A stretch of DNA of 63,867 nt, filler included, from Choristocarpus tenellus KU-1152 (taxonomy: Eukaryota; Protista; Phaeophyceae): the NCBI GenBank assembly GCA_964200185.2. It is 9 parts of 9 records of this genome, joined end to end, with 100 filler letters (N's around TTAATTAATTAA, not from the genome) between each part and the next. Parts side by side here need not be neighbours in the genome. Positions count along the whole stretch, not along the records: positions 1 to 8,535 come from CAXNAD020004608.1; positions 8,636 to 21,592 come from CAXNAD020001638.1; 7 more parts are not named here. One strand, 5' to 3'. Positions 1 through 12,955 of this stretch are shown here, piece after piece (position 1 is the stretch's first letter; each line of letters starts with the position of its first letter). A model generated the notes under the pieces. It made no database searches, was not told the DNA's origin, and worked only from the letters and a program-made list of their open reading frames with translations. The translations under genes and the position numbers were made by a program.

Positions 1-429
1 GATAGTACATCCGGATTATGTATGGGATTATATATTGGTATTTATTCCGCATTCAACTACTTTGACATAACCGTTGACTTAGATAGGAAGCACAAATAAA
101 TAATATAGAAGCAATGAGAAGAGACCACGCAGAGGTCACTCTTCCAATTACAACAATGTAATCACGTTCAGCAAAGGGGGTCGTGCACACCTTCTTATCT
201 TCACTACTAACAAATAGCATTACCTCCCAAGGTAATTTGCACACCCTATACCCGTGCATCTAAAGCACGCAAGCCAAAAACTTAAATATCACTTTATTCT
301 TCCCTAAAAACTGTTCCCCGCTCACTCCGCAATTATAATAGTAGCTAACGCTACATGGAGAGTGATGGATACGTGTTGCTATCGTAAGACATCTCCTCCT
401 TCCCTTTTAACACTAACCCTACCTTCTAC

Positions 430-1130
430 CTGTAGTCCAATAGGAGGATGTTGACCCAAAATGTGATCTGCTTTGAAGCTGTCTGGCAGAGTCCTGGCCT
501 GTCGATGATGCCTTCACTAGGTCAAAGTTTCGCACAGACCCCACAGCTACAAATATGCACGTAACTTGATCATTATTATTTCGCAGAACGGCACAACCCT
601 CTCCCTGTACCCTTCCTCCTGGCGCTGCTGGAACACCATCGCTGCTGGTTGGTGGGGCTTCTATTCCCCTTCTCCACCGACACATTCGTACCCTACTCAC
701 AGCATTGCCCCCTGCAGAACCTCCTCCTGGTCATAGATCGTAGGTAGTCGCCCATTATGGTTGCTGCAAGTGAGACTCAGTAGTACCAAATAACAAGATT
801 ATTGCTTGACAGCATCGGCACATGTTCTCCTGACTGGGTATATTTCTTGAGATAGGCAGTTGAAATTTTGCTTACAAATCGTACAGTAACCAAGCACACA
901 AGGGGATGTTGCGAGAGGGGGGCACCCAGGAGGGAAAAAGCAGCATTTTTGTTACACGCTAGTTTGAGATGGGCACGCATAAGAACACAATAACATGAAC
1001 AGAGTGCAGTCCACACACCCCTGCCCAGATTCCCAGCTCCAACCGCCGATAATTTCCACTCGACGAAAGGTTAGATGAAGCGAAGTCCTTGCTGCCATGT
1101 GTCCATATAGACCTTGAGCGACACCCTAAC
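430..1130 (-). CDS. Possible exons of an unidentified gene divergent from the GS gene
   Basis: Several AG...GT-bounded open segments on the minus strand, e.g. ~700-763 NHNGRLPTIYDQEEVLQGAML. No recognisable domain. Confidence 0.25.
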
Positions 1131-1957
1131 GTTTTCTACTTCGTGTGGCAGGAAGTAGATCTCAAAAGTAGTTTTTGATTTGACCAGAGGTTACACACCA
1201 CTTTCTGGCAACTAATCACACTAGGAACAACGAATGCGAGATGAGGGTCAAACAATACCAGGCTGCTAAAGGAAATTGTTCGCCTAGGGAACGGGATGCA
1301 AACCAAGGCAAATTTCGTTGAGGGATAGTTGTCTACACCTTTCAACATTTTGTATTGATGTTAATGCTGTATTAAACCTTTGTATAATATATAATATAAG
1401 AATGCGGTGCAGATCGCCGTCGAGCGATATACCGCGCGAAAACAGCCCTCCAAATCTCCCCGCCTCATCCGAAACTGCCGCTAGTGACGCAAGCATGACG
1501 AATGATATATACATAAAAAGAAGGTAGTACGTAACTAAATTATAAGAAGTGACGATGAAGTTCAAATTTCGGTTTACTATAACTTAACACTATATTCCTC
1601 TACACACCCACCCACACCCTTCATTCCCCGACAGCAAATTGTGCCCACACACACAAATACTTTGCTAAACTCTAGGTATGATGAGAAGAACCGTTGTAGA
1701 TGGTGACAGACCCTGATTTTCTCCCTGCGATTGTGTGTGGTAGAGGTGTTACGAGTTCCGGAGCAAATTTATACTTGGACTGCAGTAACTACCTAAAGGT
1801 TATCACCACGGTCGCGTGTGAAGCTGACATTTATTCAAAATTCGACTTTAAAGAGAACGATCTATTTCCATCCTGATTCCGATAGTTGTATATTTTTGTA
1901 GCTGCTGACTTTCCACATTTCCTGCTCCTCGAATCCGTTTTGTTGATAGCAGGAAAG

Positions 1958-4900
1958 ATGAGGGGAGTTGCAACCTTCACTCTGCTGGTTTCCATCAGCG
2001 GGGGAGATGCCTTCATGGGGCCTTCTCTTGCCCGGACCCGGTCTACCTCCGTCCTTCACATGTCCTCTGAGACTGTCAAGTCGAATGTTGTTGCTGCGGA
2101 AGGACTCCAGATCCGAAATGCGCCAGGCGATGTCAAACTCGACCAGGCAGTGCTGGACAGGTGACGGGGTTCGTCTGCTGTAGGTTACGAGCGTAGAACT
2201 TGGTGACAACCTGCTGCCGTGAGTTTACGTAGTCACCTCTCGTATTTTCGCTTTGTGGGTCCGGTATCAATATTTTTCATTATCGGTTGGGATTCTGTGA
2301 TTCTAACCTAGCATCTGTTACCTATTTTTGTCCACCCTCATACATTCCTTCGCAGATACATGTCCCTGCCTCAGAATGGTATGGTCCAGGCAGAGTACAT
2401 CTGGCTAGGAGGTACTGGGCTGGATTTGAGGTGCAAGACCCGCACCTTCAATTCGAAGCAGGACGATGTGTCCAAGCTCCCCAAGTGGAACTACGATGGG
2501 TCCTCGTGTGGGCAAGCTCCTGGAGATGACTCGGAGGTGATGCTGATACCAGTCAAGATATACCCGGTGAGAACGCTGTCTGCTTAAAGAGAGGTGCTTA
2601 AAGAATACTCAACGACAAAGAAAACATGCTGCTCCCTTTCTGCTTCGGTTAAGCTGAACCTAATCTTGAATTTAGTTCAGTTGACGTTCCTACCCTTTTC
2701 CTGTACTAATCATCAATCTGCACGTGCTCAACAATACAGGACCCTTTCCGTGGGGGTGACAATATCCTAGTGCTGTGTGAGACAATGACTCCCCAGGGTG
2801 AGCCTCTTCCATCCAACACTCGCGCCAAAGCGCGCAAGGCATTTGACTCTGTGACTGGTCTGGAGCCCTGGTTCGGGATTGAGCAGGAGTACACTCTTTT
2901 TGACAAGGACATGGTTACCCCCTTCGGTTGGCCCAAGGGTGGAGAACCTGGGCCACAGGGACCCTACTACTGCTCTGTTGGCTTTGAGAATGCTTACGGG
3001 AGGGGGGTTGCAGAAGCACACTACCGTGCATGCATGTACTGTGAGTTCAGCAGTTATGCCACAATCCACTTGTATTGTTGAGAGGACATTGCTGGGTAAT
3101 AAGATTCTGTTGAATGGCTGTATCTGGGTAAGGCCTTGTTGACATCAGAAAAATATCTCTAATTCTTGAGTGTACAGTTTCATTCCTCCTTTGATCTTGT
3201 GTTTGTATTCTGCTCAACAGTCTGATCCCGTCATGGGATGTTGTGTTTCTGAAAAATTCCCTCCTATGAATGCCAGGCAACATCCCCATCTCAGGGATTA
3301 ACGGGGAGGTGATGCCTGGTCAGTGGGAATACCAGGTGAGGATTGAACAAAGCTCTAGGGTGGTGATTTAGGTACTTTTTTTTTTCCTTGTCTTCAAGCC
3401 TGTACCAATCTATATTTACTCCCAAGATTAAGTTGGTTATTTTGTGTTAGGGTCACTGGATGGCATTGCTGAACTTGGGATCTGCTCAATTGCTAAAAAA
3501 CTGGGTATCTATTGGAGACTAATCCTGCAATCTCATTTAATTGTTGGTTGTAAGATTGAAGAGAATTCCCTTAACCCACACTAAAAGCCTGAGGTAGTTG
3601 GATGTTCAAGTCAGGTGTGACACCGATGTCAGGAACCACCTAGCATATTGAAAATACCATTTTGCCTTTCCTGTCCAGGTTGGACCGGCTGTGGGGATCA
3701 ATGGTGCAGATGACCTTGTGCTTTCTCGGTTCTTGCTGCAGCGTGTTGGAGAGGACCTGGGTGTGGTGGTGTCAATGGACCCCAAGGTCAGAACAGTGTC
3801 AGGATTAGTGGGGGTCTTGAGGGATGTACTGTGGAGACAAGCTGAACTATTATGAAATGTTCTGTCTCATAAGTACTTGAAAAATGCAGGTCACTTGTAG
3901 CCTCCATTCTTCCTGCATCCTTAAAAAAAGAGCCCTGATCACAAAACGTCAGATTTATGAATATTCTCTGGTTCTTACCAATGCCTACCTTTGCAAAAAC
4001 TGACAGACAAGGAAGATGTCATAAAAGCACACATTTGTTCCTTGGGAATACATGTATATGCGCATGTGGGGTGTTTTATGTGTGTATTGGATTTGACTGT
4101 GCCCTTGTATCATTCAACTGGTTCTTTGTGCTACTACTCACTACCCCGATTTTTCTCAACTGTGCTCCTTTTGTGGAAAATTGTATGTTTTGTATGTCAG
4201 CCCATCCCTGGTGACTGGAATGGAGCGGGTTGCCACACCAACTTCTCCACCAAGAAGATGCGTGAAGAGGGTGGCTATACAGCCATCATCGAGGCTGTTG
4301 AGAAGCTCGGGAAGAGACACATGGAGCACATCAACGCGTATGGCGAGGTGAGGTGTACAAAAGAGACTGCATTGCCTTGATTTGTGGTGAGCTAGTGCTC
4401 TTTATGACACCATGTGCATGTTTTGCTGCTTCTGATGTCTGTTTGAAAAACTTAAGCTCAAATACCACTACCCCCACCAAAATTTCCCCTTCCTGTGCTG
4501 TGGCTGACTGTCCAGGGTAATGAGCGCCGCCTCACAGGCAAGCATGAGACAGCCGACATGAACTCCTTCTCCTATGGTGTCGCCAACCGTGGTGCTTCCA
4601 TTCGCATTCCTCGTGCTGCAGAGGCGGAACAGAAGGGATACTTCGAGGACCGCCGCCCATCATCCAACATGGACCCATACGTTGTCACCGGAATGATCTA
4701 TGACACGGTAAGGAATAGCAATTGATCTCTTCTCTATTCCTTTTCTTTCTGCTCTCTCGCCCTTGTTGATCAGGTTGAAGACCCTCAATCTTGTCTTGCA
4801 TGTTGTCTCTTCTCCTGGAATATGCCCAATTCCAAACTCTTGTATTTGGGCTCCCGCTTCTGCCAATTGCTGGTTTGCTCATTGTAATTTTGTTCACATC

Positions 4901-5050
4901 AATCTGTCTTGATTTTTGAGATAAATTCATTCTTACTACAACTCACATCGGCCTGGACTGCCACTGTTGCCACGTCGTGTTGTCTGCCCTATCCCTCTCA
5001 TCCACTTTTTTCTACTCTGGCAGTGCTGTGTGTGGGATGGCAAGGAGTAG
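1958..5050 (+). CDS. GLN2: Glutamine synthetase type II, plastid-targeted; 8 exons (1958-2160, 2356-2566, 2740-3040, 3277-3335, 3679-3786, 4201-4347, 4516-4707, 5024-5050)
   Basis: Exons join in frame through GT-AG introns. GSII motifs: [106 protein letters not shown]. The N-terminus is a signal peptide ending GDA-F followed by an S/T/R-rich transit peptide. The last short exon (CCVWDGKE*) is the least certain. Confidence 0.95.
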
Positions 5051-6344
5051 GCAGTGCCTGACTGCAGTTCCTCCTGCCAACGCCCCTTTTCAAGCTTTTC
5101 TTGGTAAGGCATTGTTTTAGTTTGAGCAAGAGAGAGATGTGGTTAGTAATATTCACTGAAGTATGCGTTGTTGAATGTGCTTATATATTTGGCTATAGTA
5201 AAGCATCCATGAGGAAGAGCTATAGAACTTGATCTGGAATGCTCAGCCCTCTATTACAGTTGTCCCTTACCCGTTTGAAGTGTGGCGTGAAATTGTTTAA
5301 AAATCTTTTCCGCAGTCTGCTCATAGATTATGAGTTTTCGAGAGTTTCTTGAGACTTTTCTTGAGCTGTACAAGTTACATCCTTCACATGTGACAAGACG
5401 TTTAGGTTATGTGAGATCAAGCTGAATCAATTTTGTTGCCCTTAATAGAAAGAGTGGAAGTGCATTAGCTTGGACTTTGTTTTTTGAATAGTCTCGATGT
5501 GTGTGCAGGGAGAAATGAAATGTCACAAGACCCTTGCTGCCTGAATGTATAGCAAGTTGAAGGCTGGAAGGTGTGTCAACTTGATACTGGAGTATGCATG
5601 CTAATCAGAATCGGGTTGTTGTTGAGGTCAACCCTTAGAGTGATGGCCTCGTCAATCATAGCAGCTGGCTTGGTGTGGTTGGGGAATATTTTTTGTTGTT
5701 ATGAAGGACCTCTGGCCTTTCGAGAAATAATTAGGTAGGGTGGGCCAAGAACCTACATCAATTCTAAACTGGGTGTGTATAATATAAGGGGGAATTTCAT
5801 CCTGCTTAACTTAAATATTCAATTATCTGTTCTGCTTTGAGAAGGTTCAAAAGCATTACCACATGGCTTCAGTCAATTGAGGGGAAGAAACTTCCAATTC
5901 ATTGTTAAAAGCTGTTGTCTTTATTCTTGCAGGAAGGGGGACACATATTCAGGTATGACAAGTGAAGAGAGGACAAAGTACAACCAGAGTAGCATTCTGG
6001 AGACTGAAGTATAGATGCATTGAAATTTTACGTAATGTCGGGGAATATATGGTAAACCTTTCACTAATATAGCTGTAAACAGATTATTGCACAGGGGATG
6101 TTATTTCAGGAGATATTTTCAAGAAAGAGAGAGAGAAAGGCTGAGTACCAGACCATACATCTTATGCCATCGCACATGAAAGCATTGTATATTTTCATTC
6201 TTTCAATACGTCGTGGGGTCGCGGAAAGATCTTGCAATGTCATTTGTGCAAGTAGCGGTTGGAGTCTGAAACTTATGTTCGTATTGTACATGAAATCGTG
6301 ATAGACCATTCCTTTTGATGAGAGAAGGTAGTAGTGTTTGACCA

Positions 6345-6540
6345 CGGAGCATCTTCGTGGTTCAGAGGTTGATCAAGGCGCCCCCAGCATGATTATCGCA
6401 GGTTTGAACCCCATCGACTCTGGGCGTGTTCTCATCATGGATATTTGGCGCTGAATATCCAATATGCATGTTGCAAGCGCTGCGGATTGTACTTTACAAT
6501 CCCTCCTCAGCGTTGAACAAAAACACTGAACAAAAGATAA
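6345..6540 (+). mobile_element. tRNA-derived SINE-like remnant
   Basis: A-box-like TGGTTCAGAGG and B-box-like GGTTTGAACCC at tRNA spacing, but no closing acceptor stem. Two small hairpins (GGATATT..AATATCC, GGATTGTA..TACAATCC) and a TGAACAAAA-repeat tail follow. Confidence 0.4.
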
Positions 6541-8284
6541 GGCGTCAAGGGTTCATTTTTGAGCGACGATAAAATGCAGGAAGGACCAGCACAAGATTCA
6601 AGGAACAGGAAGATAGATGGTGGGATGGATGAATAACCGGCAACCCATGAGAATGAAATTACATCAGAGGCAGTGGATGTGTAGGGTAACAGTTTGACGC
6701 TAGAACAGTAAGTTACTAGAAGTAGTGTAGTGTTTCATGGCTCTGGCCAAGTGAAAGGACAAAGCCCATACTAAAGTGTAGATAATACCATACACCTTGG
6801 ACATTGTAACACTTGCCTTATGTTTATGTTTCGCTAACGAAATAACTAATTTGTGCATAAAATAACAGATGGAGAGTGAGCTTTCACGCTTGAGGGGTAT
6901 CCATATCTATCAGGTAGTCAGAACATGAACCGAAGGAAATGACATTACACCAACTTTTGCCATCGCACATCACCATCACCGTGCAACAACTGAAACAGAA
7001 ATAGAGCATGGTGGAGTGAAATGCTGAGAGACACTACTACTGTCTGTCAGGTCAGTCTGTAAGCAGTGCGATATATCCAATTTCATCCTTTAGCCATGGC
7101 TGAGGACGGCGGCACAGACACCCATGTTGTTTCATAGATGATACCAGCTCTACTACTACTGGAGTACCAAGGCTAATACCATATTTTCATCTGTTGCTAC
7201 CCTATCTTCCTATGAATATAAATAATAAAATGTAAATGGTGCACATGCTGACCTATTCTGCGCAGTAGTAAAAATAATTTTCTCTTTTGTCTTCCTCTTC
7301 CTTTTCTCTTTTGCTTGGTTCCACCACGGACCAGCAGATCAATCCTCGCTTGATGTACTTAATGTGTACAGCGAGAAATCCACATTATTACGATCCTGTT
7401 GTTCAAGAACCAGGCAACCCAACTGGTTGCGACATTTCATCTGGGTATTATTTTGCTGAACACCAAAAAGTACTTTCAAGGATTTCTATTATATCATTAT
7501 TAGCCAATCTGAACATCAGGACGATAGGAAGACCCTTGCTTACATGCATGTGTGCCTGTCTGATTTTGAAGTACTTCCAATATATAGTATTGTGAACCGA
7601 AAGAATTTAGATTATGATCAATTAAATTGGCTAGAAAATAATTTCTATTTATCCGATTGAATTGTAGGTGCCTGAGGCAATAACCTCCCCGTTTTGAATG
7701 AAGTCCCTTTGGAGGAGTGAAAAACTCTTACTATTTCCAGCCTTTTTTCTCATCTCTACAGGCGATCTCATGTAGTATTTGAGATGATCGCCCATTCATT
7801 CATCATGCCTTGCTTGGAAGGGTAGTTGAGTGATCTTCTGGTATTTTATCGCGATAAAAAGACTAAACATCGAACTTGTTCAGTTCAGTTATTCGGTTAT
7901 TCCAATTAATTGAACTGAAGCCGATAAAGCTACTGTCGCAATTCACAACCATCCCAAATGGTTTTGCAAAAAGAAACATCCAAAGTGACCTTCTAAAAAG
8001 GATTGGAGGTATTATTATTGTATTGTAGTATATTAATAAAATAGACCTTTGGATTGGCTGAAGTCACCAAGCGTTGGGCCTGTATGACGGAGAGAGAGAC
8101 ATGGAGTATGGTGCGACTCCTTTCGTCTTTGCACTCAAGGTTTGAACCCTTTTGCATCCTAAGTCATCTTTCTTCCCCCGTAAAATATACTCCATTTCAT
8201 TGCTTTTTGTATGGCGTAGGGTATGCCAATATTTATGTTCGACCTTTCCACACACGCAGTAGTGACGCTACAAGTAAGCAAAGA

Positions 8285-8436
8285 GACCCTAAGTATCTGG
8301 GGAGGGGGGACAGTCTACACCAGGGTGTCCATTTGGGTCAAAACCAGGAAAATTGCATATACATTATCCATCCGACGTATGCAACCAAATCACACAAAAA
8401 GCGCGACGTGCAAAAATGACCCCAAATGGACAGCCG

Positions 8437-8482
<46 letters not shown>

Positions 8483-8535
8483 ACCCCCCAACCAACCTTC
8501 TACCACCAGGGGGGGTGGGTCCACATTATCTGTTT
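8285..8535. mobile_element. MITE family B copy at contig end
   Basis: Starts GACCCTAAGTATCTGGGG. Body matches the B copies at 11596-11737, 30594-30752 and 51708-51889 in reverse orientation, then runs into poly-C and a gap. Confidence 0.8.
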
Positions 8536-8635
8536 NNNNNNNNNNNNNNNNNNNNNNNNNNNNNNNNNNNNNNNNNNNNTTAATTAATTAANNNNNNNNN
8601 NNNNNNNNNNNNNNNNNNNNNNNNNNNNNNNNNNN
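8536..8635. other. Artificial contig linker N44-TTAATTAATTAA-N44 (also 21593-21692, 26705-26804, 30753-30852, 45793-45892, 49171-49270, 53878-53977, 58875-58974)
   Basis: Identical 100-nt spacer with stop codons in all six frames, repeated eight times. Confidence 0.97.
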
Positions 8636-9299
8636 CTTTGATGTTGCTCATCACTCCTAAGTTTGCACTTGTCCAACCTTAACCTCGTGCCCTCGGTCAC
8701 AGTTTGTCCTTGTTCGTGTAACCCTAACCCTAACCACACCAAACTCCATACATCAACTGCTGTATGTCTCATTCCTTCAATGGAGCTCTAAAAATGGTTC
8801 ACATTACGGCATTATCAAATTTCCACATCAGAATGAATAGATTTATGACAACACAATGCCAACACCCACGAGATCTCCAACGAAAATATATGAGGAGTGT
8901 GACGATCTTGTGAAATACTCTTATGCCTGTGCTGCAATGTTCTTTGCAGATGATTCATTAATTGGGTCTGATCAACAAGGCGAATCCTCTGGAGGCAAAG
9001 TCAGTGTGAGCGTTTGTGCCGGAGTGATGGTGAGCCTCAGGGGGTGTGGGGTGTCTGGGATGCTCATCCTTAGTGCTATCCCCTTACAGAGATGGTACCA
9101 GTAGACAACATTGGGGTAAGCTATCTCACCGAGTCCTGGGTCACACATTGTTGGATCATGTCAAAGGGCAGTTTGTCGAATGGTTGGGGATGTCTAGTGC
9201 TAAATACCATACATCTATACGTGTATACTGTTGATATACTAGGTATGTGATGTATTGATATTTGATGCCTCTTGCTTAAAGGACATATTGGAGGAGGTA

Positions 9300-10930
9300 G
9301 GAAGGGAATAAACCTGTTGGCAATATTTGTACAATGAAAGGTGCATTAATCATACTTCAAAGTACAAGATAAGAACATCATTCTTGCATGGTTGTTAGAA
9401 GGCGACACATTAAATCTATTGGGACATCAAAATACCCAACCTACTTCTTTGAAGTAGAAATTGATGAAGTTTGATATCTGTATGAAGTAGGATTGGGTCA
9501 TGTGCAGGATGCTTGATTCTTTGTGCTTCTCTTGGCGGGGGAAGTAAGTGTCTTATGTATATATATATGTGTATATATATATATCGCATTGTAGTTCTCA
9601 CAACAAGCCCTACATGACACATTACATGAAGCTACTCAACCCAATGCCATCATTCGATAACAATTTGATTCGCACACCATTGACTCTTATTGACTTGCTC
9701 AAGCTTATAGTGTGGCAAGTGAGGATTGACACATGTGATACCTCTGCAAGGTGTTGTTTCCCTGAATATTTCCAATCCACCATAAGCCACTATTGTCTCA
9801 AATGTACTCCATATGTAGGAGCACATCCACTATCAAACGAGATGAACTTGGAATCCTCATACACTGGACTAATCAGTCCAATTTTTCTCACTATTAACTC
9901 ATAGGCTACTCATTTGATTTGTTTTGATACGATACAGTATCCTCAGTCCATACTGAATGTTGATTTGTCCATTCTAATGGCCCCTATTTTCGCTTACCTC
10001 ATAAGTTCCTCACCACAATATACAAACCCAGGTTTCAACACTCACCATGAAAAGGAGCAGGAGAAACTTGTAAGCCGCCTTCAACACCCTTGACATTTTG
10101 ATGTGGGGTCAACCGACCCATCTCAATGATATTGCAGGTAAGTGAGGGAGACCCGGAGGACAGGGTGGGACTTGAAGCGAAAGGATCAGGAATATGAATA
10201 GTGGAAAGCAACCCCTGAATCTCACCATCTATGTGGTATGCACTAGGACAGAGTGATTTGATGTGATGAGATAGCCCTGTGAGGGAGGTTGGGTGGAGAG
10301 ATGGGTTGGGGCACACTGAAAATGATAATGCAGGTGAGACTGAAACCATTGAAGTGGGGATTTGTTCTTACTGTTATTGTGTTTATAGGTCCTTCTTAAC
10401 GTCTTGCAATATGCAGCACGCCCATGCCTGAAATGTGATGAACCCTCCTCCTTCGAAAGGTGTAACTGTAGAGGAGAAGAGTAGCTGAGCACAGGTCGTT
10501 GGGCAAAAGCGACCTCCACATGGCCCAGAGCACTTGAGATTATCTATCACCCCTCCCACTCCCAGCCTCCCACACACATCATCTCTTCCATTGACGGCAT
10601 CACAATATCACGGTCAATTTCAATAAGCACTAATAGTTTATATTTGTTCCTTCCCTCTATCAGATGTAGTTCCCATTTCTCAACCATCCCTCTCCACCTC
10701 TAAGCTCCACATACAAGTAGACTTCACCTCCATGGATCCCCCCCCCATACCGAAATTCCAGCCGCAATGATATTAGCTCCAATCCCAACCATATATGTAT
10801 ATATCTAATGAAGCATTTGACATTACTCCAGCACCTATGCAATAGCGATTCTGACCGCTTGCAACGATTTCGCTCACCAAAATGAATAAAGGGTAGGTTG
10901 GCGTCAAGACTGCTTTGGAAGGGCTTCACA
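9300..10930 (-). mobile_element. Highly degenerate Ty1/copia remnant (gag knuckle, protease, integrase start)
   Basis: Minus-strand fragments in copia order: PFHGEC-x-N-x-G (knuckle-like, ~10030), FDSGC (protease-like, ~9820), HPAHDPILLHTDI (integrase start, ~9480). Many stop codons. Confidence 0.4.
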
Positions 10931-11595
10931 CAGTGAAGCTCCCGTCTTGTGGAGGAGTTCTCCTGTGTTGAACCCTTTCCAGGTCAACCTTTGCGCCAAT
11001 CCACTCTTTTGTTCTTCTTAGTGAGAGAAATCAGCACAGACTCGGCACAATACCCATTGCATACTAAACGAACCAATGAGAAACTCTCATCTGACTGTGC
11101 TTGGGAGCGTAGTCAACAACATTGTCGCAGTTGTTTTGTTTTCTACTAATTACCTCATCACAGTGTGAATTGATATTCAGAGCTTACCGCAGAAAGACCT
11201 CAACTGCCACTTTTATGATATCATACACATACATAGCTTCTGAAACCGTTTCCTAGTGCTTCGACCTATCCTCGCCCCCTGATAACTTCCCCTGGGGGGT
11301 GATGTTGATGATATGACTTCGTTCATGAACAGGTAGAGAGTAACGAGTGCAATACATGCTAGTAGTAGTTATATGATGAGGGCTTTTGTTGCTGGTCATT
11401 AGTCATGAGAGTGTATTGGTGCAGGCTCTGTATATAAGAAACAGAGGAATTGTCGGTTACATGCAAAAGAAGTCAATTTCTCATGTTGTATCGTGTTTAG
11501 CGGTCTGAGGATGACTAGACCTATGGTGATCAGAGCAGCAAGCTATCGCTTTCCCGCTTTTTGGAGAGTGACCTACGTGGAGAGTCGTCAAGCCC

Positions 11596-11737
11596 CTAGT
11601 ATCTATTTTTTCGTGTCGTGATATTTGGGTTATTTGGTTGCATACATTGAACGGATAATGTAAGTGCACTTTTCCAGGTCTTGGCCCAAATGGACACCCT
11701 GGTGTAGACCCCCCATACCCCCCAGACACTTTGGGTC
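11596..11737. mobile_element. MITE family B, truncated at one end
   Basis: Matches the B body (TTTGGTTGCATAC..GGATAATG..CCCAAATGGACACCCTGGTGTAGA) and ends CCCAGACACTTTGGGTC. Confidence 0.75.
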
Positions 11738-12132
11738 AAGTATTGTGTATTTGTGGTATGGGATAGAAGGACACACGATGACCCAATATGAGAGACAAGG
11801 AACGTTCACACACTAAAACATGCGTGGTAGATACCATCAGGCTATGCTCTCCATCCTGTGGGCCTTTCCCCATTTTGGTGAAAACTATGGAAGAAGAGGG
11901 AGTGGGGATTAGTAGATGATGACATGTTGTGGGTAGAAAATACTGTTGGAGTACATTGTAGATGTTGTTGGCGCATCTGCAGACACGACCTATTGTATGG
12001 CAAGTTTGCCTGATCATACATCGAGGCAAGAGTGATCATAGAGAGAGGTGGGGAATTTTCATGTTATAGGGGACTGGTGAAGGTGAGGAACATGAGAACC
12101 ATGAATACTTGGTACGGGAGAGCTTTCTTGTT

Positions 12133-12306
12133 TGTGTGTGTGTATTTGTGTGCATGTGTGTGTGTATTTGTGTGCATGTGTGTGTGTATTTGTGTGCATG
12201 TGTGTGTGTATTTGTGTGCATGTGTGTGTGTATTTGTGTGCATGTGTGTGTGTATTTGAGTGCATGTGTGTGTGTATTTGTGTGCATGTGTGTGTGTATG
12301 CATGTG
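12133..12306. repeat. 22-bp TG-rich minisatellite, about 8 copies
   Basis: Unit TGTGTGTGTGTATTTGTGTGCA. Confidence 0.9.
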
Positions 12307-12672
12307 TTGTTCTACATGATACTGAAACCAGGCAAGCCCAATCAAAACCTTTCAATAGTCTTGGGTCAAATCCTTCAACCATTCGGCTTTGTCTATGTAA
12401 GCATTTGTTTTATGTTGGCATACATGCTGTATACGATTTGGACCAGAAACAGGAACACTGAACTGAGGTGGAGGGAAGTGGAGCGGAGGGAGCGAAAGAG
12501 GTATCATGGTGGAGATTGGGCAGAGGGACAAGGAGGAAAATCTGGCACGCTCAACCAAGGCCCATTCGGCACTACAGGTGGTGGGCATGGTGAGTACCAC
12601 AGCAGGAAAGTCGGCAATTGATGGATGTGGAGGAGGTAAAGATGGGAAGTAGAGATAAATGAAGGTGATCTT

Positions 12673-12955
12673 GAGCCAAAGCATCTTAGAGGGTAGAGCC
12701 GTGTCCATTTGGGGACCAAAATCCAATGTTGCGACTTTGATGTAATTTTCGCTATCGTGTTTGTTAGGAAGTGTTAATAATATCTATGTTTCGGACACAC
12801 CTTTTCACGACGTATACATTTTACCTACTCCTAAACATTTTGGAGTAGGAACATTTCATTAAAAACACACACACACACACACACTTGGGAAGCCAAGCCT
12901 CAAATGGACAAACAGGGCAAAACTCGTACCCTCTTAGATAAGATACCTTTCACTC
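12673..12955 (+). mobile_element. MITE family A
   Basis: TIR GAGCCAAAGCATCTTAGAGGGTA...TACCCTCTTAGATA..TTTCACTC; 3-bp TSD CTT/CTT. Confidence 0.9.

Noticed and set aside
8580-8591. Recurrent TTAATTAATTAA palindrome as a biological motif
   Set aside because: Always centred in N runs of fixed length; it is an assembly spacer.
8223-8591. Poly-proline ORFs
   Set aside because: Poly-C run at a MITE-B contig end; run length is probably a sequencing artefact.
8930-8975. FFADD as a LINE reverse transcriptase catalytic motif
   Set aside because: No other RT motifs found in frame; too short to support.
12032-12621. Cys/Val- and His/Thr-rich ORFs
   Set aside because: Translations of a TG-rich minisatellite.
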